Positions 9,380 to 18,193 of a stretch of 64,000 nucleotides of DNA are shown in pieces. Origin of the DNA: an uncultured bacterium (GTDB lineage: Bacteria; Edwardsbacteria; AC1; EtOH8); the NCBI GenBank assembly GCA_963780225.1, contig CAWAAX010000027.1, forward strand, positions 1 to 64,000, in the 5' to 3' direction. The stretch's first letter is position 1; each line of letters opens with the position of its first letter. The notes beneath the pieces were generated by a model that saw only the letters and a list, made by a program, of their open reading frames with translations, was not told the DNA's origin and searched no databases. Both the position numbers and the translations under genes were made by a program.

Positions 9380-10239
9380 TTATTTGGAGCCTTCCAGCTG
9401 GCGGGTAACAAAATATCCAATATTGCCCAGAACTATCAGCAGTATTATCAGGATATGGGAATAGGCGATGGCACTCATGGCCTTGCTGGCCATGCCCGGC
9501 TTCTGGTAATAGCCAGCGTCCACTATCAGCTGTTCGTATTCGGCCCCGCCCTTCATGCCGCCCAGTTGGCCCACCAGCTGGCCGGTCTGTAGAAACGGAT
9601 AGTTATCCGGAGCCATCACCGCCGTCTGGCCGGCCCCGATCTTGACCTTGAACTTCGTCCCGGCGTAAATAATCCAGCAAATATGGCCAGGTCGAACCCG
9701 CCAGGCTCAGCACCATGGCGATGTCGTCATAATTGTGGATATTGTGCATCATGGGCAGGCTGTCGTAAGGCATCTGGTAGTAATCCAGCGGTAGGGCCCG
9801 TTTGACATTCACCCCCATCTGCAGCATGACTATAGTGACCACCGGGCCGGAATCCAAAATAACAATAGTCTATTCCCGTTTTGTTTTGTCGAACTCCCTG
9901 GCCGTCTGGGTCATGATGGCCTCGCCGATGGCATCGCCCTGGGGCTGCAAACGACATGCCCATCACTCTTGACTCCCCTGGCAAAACAGTGGCGCAAAAC
10001 CGCCCGGGCCATGGGATCCAGCTCGGCCGCCACCTGGGGATCGTAATCAAAGGAAAGCAGCAGCGGCCGGCCATTGGGTTCTATCTTATCTATGTAATCG
10101 TACAGCCCCCTGGTGGCAGAATCCACATAAAAACTGCGACTTGACGCTGAACAACAGGGGGATCAGTATGGTCACGATCAAAAGGACGAATACCAGCCTC
10201 CGGTCCAATTTGCCGAATTTGGCCAAATAATTTCAACAT
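9380..10239 (-). CDS. Cassette copy 2 subunit C (frameshifted in this sequence)
   Basis: Fragments LYDYIDKIEPNGRPLLLSFDYDP..RHCFARG and GQLVGQLGGMKGGAEYE match copy 1 C; ATG at 10239. Confidence 0.75.
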
Positions 10240-10240
10240 C

Positions 10241-10866
10241 TCAATATCCTCCCATCCAGTTGCGCTCGATGCCCAGGATGATCTTCAGCGATGTGGCCGT
10301 AGCGCCCCAGTCCGATGCCGAAGGTGATGCCGCGCTTGGCCGCCATGTTGGGCACCAGCATCAGCCATTCCGAAAGTTTGGGAAATCCGCTCCAGAGGGC
10401 GGCTCCCTGGGGAATCAGGCCCAATCATCACTATGAAGGCCGAGATCAGACAGCAAGGTGGCTTCAAAGGACTTGGCCCTGAAAGCCCGGTAGCTGGCCG
10501 AGGCCATGTAAAATGCCAGGATGGCGAACATGGTGGACTGCATGGGAGCCAGGGTGTAATAGAATACCTTCATGTAAAAACTGCCTTCGCGGGTGCCGCT
10601 GAAGACGGCAGCCAGCACCATGAACAACGCGGCGCCAAGATAGACCACGCTGTAGCCCCAGCCTTTGTTCTTGCGGTTTATCTTGATGATGTGATGCCTG
10701 ACCAGGCTGTCCACCGCGATGATGGAGGCAAACACATAATAGTATCAGGTCCCACTCGATCATGGTGTTGAAGGCCATTTGGGAAGGCTGGCTGGGGATG
10801 AAGAATTGGATGATGAAGCCTATCCCCAGAATCAAAAACTATGGCCAATGGTATATTTTTTTTCAT
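10241..10866 (-). CDS. Cassette copy 2 subunit B (frameshifted in this sequence)
   Basis: Fragments MKKNIPLAIV, AFYMASASYRAFRAKS, VPNMAAKRGITFGIGLG, LKIILGIERNWMGGY* match copy 1 B. Confidence 0.75.
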
Positions 10867-10874
10867 AAATATTT

Positions 10875-12026
10875 ACTGATCCTTAATGAATGCTGAATAA
10901 GATTGTAGATGAAATCGGAGCGGAAGACAGCAGGGCGGCAATGGTGCCCAATCAGCACGGAGCAGAATGATCAAGCAGCTTGCAGGCGTCCTGACCCTTT
11001 AAGGCTGCCGACCAGCAGAGGCTCTTTGGATAGGTAGGCCGAGGCGGCGTAAAGTTCCTCGCCGATCAGGGTGTAGTCGCAGGCGGTGATGAAGAACGGC
11101 AGCTGCGATATCTGGTCGGTCCCGGCGATCTGGATGGCCCCGGTGGCCGCCCCGGATTCGGCCAGCACCAGTGACTCGGCGGCGTAATAGCCCATGAAGA
11201 AGTTGGTGGCCGGTTTTTCCCGGGCCATGATCCCGGCCAGGGCCGCGGCATAGCCCATCTGGTCGCTGGTGATGAAATAGACCGAGTCCTCCTTGAACAG
11301 GTCGGGACGGCCGGCGCTGTTGTAGCCTTCCTTCACCATTTCCCGGGCCACCGCATGGACCACCGGATCGGCGGTGGGAACGGTCAGGGGGGTGTCGTAT
11401 TCGGCTATTTTCTTGGATATCTGTCCCAGTATGTTAAGGGAAGCCACGGTGGAAATATAGTCTATCAGGCCGATGCCGTTGCAGTACAGGATCGGCTTGC
11501 CCATCTCGGTGGCCCGGCCCACCGCCTCCTCCACCGCATCCAGGCCGGCAATGCGCCGGATGAACAGGTTGCCCCGGCGGGCCCAGAAGATATAAAGCAG
11601 GGTGATGGAGATGAACAAAATGGTGCCGAACAAGGTGTTGAGCTTGCCGGTGTTGAACCAGCTTTGGGTGGTGACGATGGGCCCGGCAATGGCGCTCAAA
11701 GCGATGCCGCTGTCCCCGGTGACCGCCGCTATCCGGTAATAATAGTTTTTGCCCATGGTCTCGATGGAATTGTCCTCGTGGACATCGGTCCCCTTTGGCA
11801 CCCAGGCTATCATGGCAAACGAATCGGACGGGAATTCCGACCGTTCGATGTTATAGCCGGCAAATCCGGGCTCGCTTTCGGAGACCGACGGCTTCCAGGT
11901 GATGATGACTATGGAACCGTCATCGTTGGGAGCATCCGCCAGTTTGAGATCGGTGGGCGGCTCCAGCCCCAAAGCCAGAACGGGCAGCAGCAGGCAGGCC
12001 AGCAGGATCATTTTCAGTTTGCCCAT
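10875..12026 (-). CDS. Cassette copy 2 subunit A: Fn3 + DUF6754-like (3' end frameshifted; end approximate)
   Basis: ORF 10971..12026 is a clear paralogue of 7115..8308; the C-terminal TM (GQDACKLLII..LIGTIAAL) continues in shifted frames. Confidence 0.8.
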
Positions 12027-12169
12027 AACGTCCCTTTTTGTTTGTGGGTTTATATTTATGTTTGATAACTACTCAGCAATGCCACTAAGACACCAAGGCA
12101 CAAAAACGATCTCTGATTTTCAATTTTAAATATGGTTTGGTGTCTTTGTGTCTTTGTGGTAAAAAGAAA

Positions 12170-12670
12170 TCATGGGAACAGTTTAAAGAACCTTACATCC
12201 TTTTCCTTGCCCTTGGGGATGGCCAAAGTTACCAGCGGCGTCTTGTCCTGGGCCTTGGTGTTTACCACCCGGATGACTTTTGCCTGGCAGCAGGTCAGAC
12301 CCTGGCGGTCCAGCGCTTCCACCGTGTCCCCTTTCTGGGGCAGCGGCAGGAATTCGTAGGGCATGGTGACAGCGCTCTCGGTCTCGGAATACTTTTGGTC
12401 TATCACGAAGATGGCCAGTCCCGGACAGCGGGAGACGCAGATGGTGCAGCCGTTGCATTTGGAGTGGTCCACCTGCGGCAGGGCGTTGATGTCCTGGCCC
12501 ACCACGATGGACTTCTGGGGACAGCTGGTCTCGCAGGGATTGCAGGGGATCTCCTGGAAGCATTCCACCACGGCCACCGGGCCCTTCTTCAGCCGTTCTT
12601 CGGAAGGCCAGGCAGCCTGAATGTCGGCGGCATCGGCCAGGCCGGTTGATTTTAATTTGTCGGAAAGCAT
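12170..12670 (-). CDS. 4Fe-4S ferredoxin-like subunit of a proline dehydrogenase-type complex
   Basis: ECFQEIPCNPCETSCP and CNGCTICVSRCPGLAIF; PYEFLPLP C-terminal domain. Confidence 0.9.
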   Translation of the reverse strand: MLSDKLKSTGLADAADIQAAWPSEERLKKGPVAVVECFQEIPCNPCETSCPQKSIVVGQDINALPQVDHSKCNGCTICVSRCPGLAIFVIDQKYSETESAVTMPYEFLPLPQKGDTVEALDRQGLTCCQAKVIRVVNTKAQDKTPLVTLAIPKGKEKDVRFFKLFP

Positions 12671-12704
12671 TTATACCGAACTTAATATTCTTTTGCGTTT
12701 GCTG

Positions 12705-13181
12705 TTATTTGCCCGTCTTTCGTTTTGTCCCGGGTATTTTCTTGACCAATTTTTCCAGATCGATCATGTCTTGTTTCCGGCCTACCGCTCTTTTTACGGC
12801 TATCAGCTCGGATAACCCGATGATCTGTACCGTAGCCTTGCCGTATTTCACGGTCTTTTTATTTTTCCAGGCTTCATCAAACGGCACGCCACTGGTGGTG
12901 TTGATTATATCTATCCTTACCGGAGCCACGCCCATTTGGTAGACAGTACCAGGGACAACAAAATCACCCGGCACAATATTTACCAGAGGCGCTCCAAAAT
13001 CTCCCAGTGCCTGGTACACTTTTTGGGCATTCCGTTCATCTGGCCGTATCCAGAGGTCCATGTCCTTGGTAAACCGCGGCACGGTATAGAACGAAACGGC
13101 GTATCCGCCTACCAGCAGATACTTAACGCCCCGGGCGTTGAATGCGTTCAACAGATCTTCGTAATCTTGGAACAGTTCCAT
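12705..13181 (-). CDS. Pol-beta-fold nucleotidyltransferase (DUF6036-like)
   Basis: YLLVGGYAV..PRFTKDMDLW and C-terminal K..GRKQD..D motifs. Confidence 0.75.
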   Translation of the reverse strand: MELFQDYEDLLNAFNARGVKYLLVGGYAVSFYTVPRFTKDMDLWIRPDERNAQKVYQALGDFGAPLVNIVPGDFVVPGTVYQMGVAPVRIDIINTTSGVPFDEAWKNKKTVKYGKATVQIIGLSELIAVKRAVGRKQDMIDLEKLVKKIPGTKRKTGK

Positions 13182-13341
13182 CTTTGCCTTTTAATTTGTA
13201 ATAAGTGCTCACTCCGTGCCATAAGGCCGAGAATCTGGCTTGCACCCCGGCTTTGGCCCAAAAGATGCTGTCAAAATCATCTTTCCCCCCTATCCGGGTC
13301 AGCCGTTCCATGATGACAATATTTTTTTTATGTATCTTCAT
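13123..13341 (-). CDS. 72-aa protein overlapping the nucleotidyltransferase start (putative partner)
   Basis: MKIHKK..DSIFWAKAGVQARFSALW..PRLRRSVERIQR; ATGA overlap with the upstream oxidoreductase stop. Confidence 0.6.
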   Translation of the reverse strand: MKIHKKNIVIMERLTRIGGKDDFDSIFWAKAGVQARFSALWHGVSTYYKLKGKDGTVPRLRRSVERIQRPGR

Positions 13342-14426
13342 CTCCTGTACTCCTTCAGCTTGCACTTCCCTTCCCTGGCCTTCTGCCCGAAGGGTCCGGC
13401 CCGGAGACCAGCCAAACGGCAGGCGGTGTCGTCTATCCGGCACTGCAGTTCCTGGGATCCGCCCTTGAGATATTTGACCGCGCCCAGCCCGGCCAGCTCG
13501 CCCTCCAGCATGGCGGTGGAGGCTTCCTCTATTCCCGTTACATCGCCGGCGGTGAAGATGCCGGGGATGGAGGTCATCATCAGTTCGTCGTGCCAGGCCA
13601 CCTGGCCGCCCAGCTCGGGGACATAGTTCATCTGGCACCCGGCCTGCCACAGCATTTCGGTCAGGGGCGTCAGGCCCACCGCCAGGCAGATGGTATCGCA
13701 CTCTATGTTCTGTTGGCTGCCTGCAACCGGCTGCCACTTGTCGTCTATCTTGGAAATCACCGCGCCATTGACCTGGTCCTTGCCTGTCGCCTCCAGAATG
13801 GTGTGGCGGGTCAGGATGGGCACCCCGGCCCGGACGATCTTGGAGGCATGCACTAGGTAGCCCCCGATGTTGGGCAGTCCCTCGATGATGGCCTTGACCC
13901 GCACCCCGGCCTGCATCAGCTGGTAGGAGACGATCAGCCCGATGTTGCCAGAACCTATCATCAGCACGCTTTGCCCGGGCTTGATGCCGTAGGCGTTCAT
14001 CAGGGTCTGCACCGCGCCGGCTCCGTAAACCCCGGGCAGATCGCTGCCGGGAAAGGTGACGAAGTTCTCCGAGGCCCCGGTGGCCGCCAGCACCGCTTTG
14101 GGCTTTAAGCCGTAAAGCTTGTCGTTCTTTAGCACCGCCACGGTCCCGTCGGGGTAGTAGCCCACCGCCGGGGAATTGCTCCAAAACTCTATCCCCCGTT
14201 TCTCCATTTCTCCGGCCAACTCGGTCCCGATGTCAAAGCCCCGGGTGCCGGCCCGCTCCGCCTTGCTGCCGAAGAACATGTGGGTCTGCTTGATCAGCTG
14301 GCCGCCCAGCTTCTGGTTCTCGTCTATCACCAGGGGCTTCAGGCCGAAGTCCGAGGCCGCCAGCGCCGCCATCAGGCCCGCCGGTCCTCCGCCGATTATA
14401 AGAAAGTCAGGAGTATTCATGGACAT
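13338..14426 (-). CDS. NAD(P)/FAD-dependent oxidoreductase (proline dehydrogenase alpha / HcnB-like)
   Basis: IIGGGPAGL, LGGQLIKQTHMFFG, ATGA, IGSGNIG, AGDVTGIEEA. Confidence 0.9.
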   Translation of the reverse strand: MSMNTPDFLIIGGGPAGLMAALAASDFGLKPLVIDENQKLGGQLIKQTHMFFGSKAERAGTRGFDIGTELAGEMEKRGIEFWSNSPAVGYYPDGTVAVLKNDKLYGLKPKAVLAATGASENFVTFPGSDLPGVYGAGAVQTLMNAYGIKPGQSVLMIGSGNIGLIVSYQLMQAGVRVKAIIEGLPNIGGYLVHASKIVRAGVPILTRHTILEATGKDQVNGAVISKIDDKWQPVAGSQQNIECDTICLAVGLTPLTEMLWQAGCQMNYVPELGGQVAWHDELMMTSIPGIFTAGDVTGIEEASTAMLEGELAGLGAVKYLKGGSQELQCRIDDTACRLAGLRAGPFGQKAREGKCKLKEYRR

Positions 14427-14487
14427 TAAAAGTATTAAAGTAGTAACGTAGGACGAGTATTAAAGTATTAACGAAGTAATGAGTGGA

Positions 14488-14814
14488 TCAGGACAAAGTA
14501 ATACGGCCTCGGCCCTGCTGGCGCCTCACCTGCATTCCCTCTTTGATAGGAGTGATGCAGGAAAACACGTTGGGCACGCCGTCCACTTCCATCAGGCAGG
14601 ACGAGCATTTGCCGATGGCGCAAAAAAAGCCCCGGGGCCGGTTGAGCTTGACGCTGTGGCGCAGGATCTTGACCCCGGCGGCATGCAGCGCAGCCGCGAC
14701 GGTTTCGCCCGAAAAGCCTTCCACGGGCCGGCCCTCAAAGTAAAAAGTGACCTTGGGGCCTCTTTGAAAATCCAAAATTGGGTGGGTTTCTATCCTCATT
14801 TTTCCGGCAGACAT
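14488..14814 (-). CDS. [2Fe-2S] ferredoxin-like subunit (HcnA / proline dehydrogenase small subunit type)
   Basis: GETVAAAL..RPRGFFCAIGKCSSCLMEVDG..SC. Confidence 0.9.
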   Translation of the reverse strand: MSAGKMRIETHPILDFQRGPKVTFYFEGRPVEGFSGETVAAALHAAGVKILRHSVKLNRPRGFFCAIGKCSSCLMEVDGVPNVFSCITPIKEGMQVRRQQGRGRITLS

Positions 14815-14911
14815 ATTCTGGTTGATTAGTTTGCTTTTGTTTTTGCCGCCTCTGGCGGCACCCCGCCAAAGGCGGTGGCGTTTTTATTTTCAGACCGCAG
14901 TATAGCTTTTA

Positions 14912-14940
14912 ATGATATCCTATTATGCCCGGCTTGTCAA
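14912..14940 (-). promoter_or_regulatory. Sigma70-type promoter for the oxidoreductase/cassette operon
   Basis: TTGACA-N17-TATCAT on the minus strand, about 100 bp upstream of 14814. Confidence 0.6.
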
Positions 14941-14962
14941 TAATGCCCAAGACTAATTTTGA

Positions 14963-15804
14963 TCAGCCGTAAGCCAGCACTATCCTCTGTATCTTGGAAT
15001 AGTCCTTGATGATCTCTACTTTAATTCCCGGATTAGAGTTTTTCAGCAGTTCCCGGACCTGGGATCCCTGTCCCTGCCCTATTTCCAAGGCCAGCAGGCC
15101 GCCGGGATTCAAATATTCTTTCACTTTCTTGGATGATCAGGCGGTAGAATTTCAAGCCCGTCCCGGCCGCCGTCCAATGCCTGCCATGGTTCGTAGAGAG
15201 ACACTTCCGGCTGCAGTGATTTTAACTGGCTTGATGGGATGTACGGCGGGTTGGAAACTATGCAGTCGTATCTCTGTTTTATGACCGGAAAAATGTCGGC
15301 TTTCACTATTTTCACCCGGCGGGAAAGTCCGTGAGAAGCAATGTTCCTTTTGGCCAGCGCCCCGGCCCCTGGCGAGATCTCGCTGGCCCAGATCCTGGCG
15401 TTCGGAAGGTTCTTGGCCAGGGCTATCGAGATGGCCCCGCTGCCGGCCCCGATATCCAGGACTGTTGACCACTCCGGCTTCCAGCGCTTGATGATCGCTT
15501 CGACCAAAAGCTCGGTCTCGGGCCGGGGGATCAGGACGTTCTTGTTCACTTTGATCTTCAGACCGTAGAATTCGGTCTCCCCGGTTATGTACTGCCAGGG
15601 TCGTCGGGTCTGTCTTTGAGACACCGCCCGTTTGAATTTCAGTTCCAGATTTTTAGGGACCTGCTCGGAATTCCTGATGAACAGCCGATCCCGGCCGCAT
15701 TTAAAGACAAAGGAAAGCAGTATCTCTGATTCCAGCTCCTGGCTCTCAATGCCCTTCTGTCTTAGCGCCTCAGCGCCCCATTGCAATAGCTGGCCGATGG
15801 TCAT
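14963..15804 (-). CDS. prmC: Release factor glutamine methyltransferase (two +1 insertions near 15125-15155)
   Basis: VLIPRPETE, LDIGAGSG, SNPPYI, ALDGGRDGL; C-terminus YLNPGGLLALEIGQGQ..IKDYSKIQR continues in another frame. Confidence 0.9.
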
Positions 15805-16060
15805 GGTTTGATAATTTAATATTGAAGAACATGGTACCGTTTTTCCCACTAAACGCACGAAACGACACGAAAGGTTTTTAACAACCAACTTACAAACTCA
15901 ACCCCTTGCGCTCCTGTTACCATATAAGAAGGGGGCGGGGGATGAGTTCAATATTATTAAGTTAGAAATATTTTTTCGTGCCCCTTCGGCACGGACTTCG
16001 GCCAGACTTCGACACACTCAGTCCGTCTGCTCAGGGCATGCTTTTAGTGGGCAGATGCCC

Positions 16061-17132
16061 TTACTCCAGCGCAGTGGCCAGTTCCTCGGCCTGGGCCGCC
16101 TTGATCAGCCCCTCCACCAGCTGGTCGATGTGCCCCTCCAGCACCTGGTCCAGGCTGTGCAGGGTCACCCCTATCCGGTGGTCGGTCACCCGGTTCTGGG
16201 GAAAGTTGTAGGTTCTGATCTTCTCGCTGCGGTCGCCGGATTTCACCTGGCTCTTGCGGTCCTGGGCCTCCTTGGCGTGGCGGTCGGCGTCCAGCTTCTC
16301 CAGCACCCGGGAGCGCAGGATCTTGAGGGCCTTGGCCTTGTTCTTAAGCTGGGAGCGCTCGTCCTGGCAGGCCACCACCACCCCGGTGGGAATGTGGGTC
16401 AGGCGCACCGCCGAATAGGTGGTGTTTACGCACTGGCCGCCCGGCCCGGAGGAGCAGTAGATGTCTATCTTCAGGTCGGCGGGGTTTATCTGGATGTCCA
16501 CCTCCTCGGCTTCGGGCATCACCGCCACGGTGGCGGCCGAGGTATGGATCCGGCCCGAGGCCTCGGTCCGGGGCACCCTCTGCACCCGGTGGACGCCGCT
16601 TTCGTAGCGGAACAGCCCGTAGGCCCCCTCGCCCTCCACCCCAAAGGTCACTTCCTTGAATCCGCCCAGCTGGGTGGGGTTGGAGTTCATCAGGTCTATC
16701 TTCAAGTCCCTTGCGCTCGGCATAACGGGTGTACAGCCGGAACAGGTCCCCGGCAAAAAGCGCGGCCTCATCGCCCCCGGTGCCGGCCCGCACCTCCACG
16801 ATGGCGTTCTTAAAGTCGTTGGGATCCTTGGGCACCAGCATGGCCTTGATATCTTCCTCCAGCACCTTGAGCTTCGGCTCCAGTTCCTCCAGCTCGGCCT
16901 TGGCCATGGCGGTCATTTCGGGGTCCTCGTTGGCGGCGACCATGGACCGGCTGTCATCGATCTGCCGGCGCAGGCTCTTCAGCTCGTCGTATTTGGAGAT
17001 GGTGGCGCCAAGAGAGCGGTGCTCCCGGGCGTAATCGCGGAACTTGGCCTGGTTGGCCAGCACCGCTGGATCGGACAGTTGAGATTCCAGCTCCCGGTAT
17101 CTTTTTTCCAGTTGTTCCAGTTTATTGTCCAT
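16061..17132 (-). CDS. prfA: Peptide chain release factor 1 (+1 insertion near 16705)
   Basis: [29 protein letters not shown] (PxT = RF1); [18 protein letters not shown]. Confidence 0.95.
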
Positions 17133-17176
17133 GGTTCTTTTTGTTTTCCTTCGTAACTATTCAGTCGATTATCCTT

Positions 17177-17326
17177 ATTGCCACGACCTTTAGGTCGTGG
17201 CAGGCAGTCTTATAAAACCCGCCGGGTTTTAGCCCTCAGCCTTCCCGCCGCAGGCGGACAAGCGGGGTTGAAACCCCCAGAGATTTTCCCTTGATTCTTC
17301 AGCCACGAGCTGAAGCTCGTGGCAAT
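17177..17326. repeat. 150-bp dispersed hairpin element, followed by a left-half copy at 17351-17416
   Basis: Terminal inverted repeats ATTGCCACGA / TCGTGGCAAT, each end a hairpin. Confidence 0.85.
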
Positions 17327-17409
17327 GGAAAGCCAAATTTAAATAACCTTATTGCCACGACCTTTAGGTCGTGGTAGGCAATCTCATAAAACCCGACGGG
17401 CTTTAGCCC

Positions 17410-17943
17410 TCAGCCTTGTCCATTGCGCTTTCTTTCCTTGGGCTTGATGTCGAACCCTATGGCAAACGGGCACAGCACGTCGGCCATCTTGGATTTCATG
17501 GTTTGGGGGTCTATGTAATAGGCTGCGACCTTGATGAACCAGCTGTCGGTGGTGCCGGACAGGGTGCCGTCGTCGTTGTAGCTCCAGTATTTGTCCTTGG
17601 CCTTGTCCTTGATCTCCAGCACTATGTAGACCTGCCCGGGCTTCATCCCGCCGATGTCTTCTGCGCTCAGGTCGGTGCTGTGCAGGGGGTGGGAATGAAA
17701 GTCGCCCACCACATAAAGGTTGGGCAGGTTCTGGAAGAAGTTGACGATCCGGGCGTAGGATTTGTCCCGGGCCTTCACCCAGGTGGAATGGCGCTCGGCC
17801 TTTTGGCAGGCCACGGCGTTGACCACCATAAACATATCGCCATCCTTATGGCCCAGCAGCAAGCCGTAGGATTCTTTTTTGTAGACCTCGATGGCCGAGA
17901 CAAGCAGGCCCCAGAAGGCCGATTCGTTAATGAATACCTGCAT
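17410..17943 (-). CDS. JAB/MPN (Mov34) domain metalloprotease
   Basis: ESYGLLLG and GDFHSHP...LSAED (JAMM motif). Confidence 0.85.
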   Translation of the reverse strand: MQVFINESAFWGLLVSAIEVYKKESYGLLLGHKDGDMFMVVNAVACQKAERHSTWVKARDKSYARIVNFFQNLPNLYVVGDFHSHPLHSTDLSAEDIGGMKPGQVYIVLEIKDKAKDKYWSYNDDGTLSGTTDSWFIKVAAYYIDPQTMKSKMADVLCPFAIGFDIKPKERKRNGQG

Positions 17944-18114
17944 CTGACAGTGGCTTGGGATTGGATGTTTGTGAATTGGGGCAGTAAACTGTTCATTGTC
18001 TTCACGACGGAACCTTTATCAACTGCCGGGGCATAACCAAGCTGAACCCAGTCTGGCTAATTGAATATAACCCGCTTGTTTTGAATGAGTTACCTATTGC
18101 AATAATAACCCTTA

Positions 18115-18143
18115 AGTATAATATAAAACTGGTCAAAAGTCAA
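18115..18143 (-). promoter_or_regulatory. Sigma70-type promoter upstream of the JAB gene
   Basis: TTGACT-N17-TATACT. Confidence 0.55.
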
Positions 18144-18145
18144 AC

Positions 18146-18182
18146 AAAAAAGCCGTTCCGGAAAGCTCCGGAACGGCTTTTA
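18146..18182 (-). terminator. Rho-independent terminator after the pilin operon
   Basis: AAAAGCCGTTCCGGA-aagc-TCCGGAACGGCTTTT hairpin with T tracts on both strands. Confidence 0.8.
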
Positions 18183-18193
18183 AAACTGCCTGT

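Noticed and set aside
3448..14814. Hydrogen cyanide synthase hcnABC
   Set aside because: Same superfamily, but the extra 4Fe-4S subunit and split BFD module fit the proline-dehydrogenase type better; the substrate remains undetermined.
16690..16720. RF2-style programmed frameshift in the release factor gene
   Set aside because: The protein is RF1 (PRT motif), the site is mid-gene CTT GAA rather than early CTT TGA, and the same insertion context occurs in unrelated genes.
17177..17416. CRISPR array
   Set aside because: Only two adjacent repeat starts 174 bp apart, conserved intervening sequence rather than unique spacers, and no cas genes.
17410..17943. CBASS or other defence operon
   Set aside because: No CD-NTase, E1-E2 or effector adjacent; the NTase at 12.7 kb is a short, different family separated by housekeeping genes.
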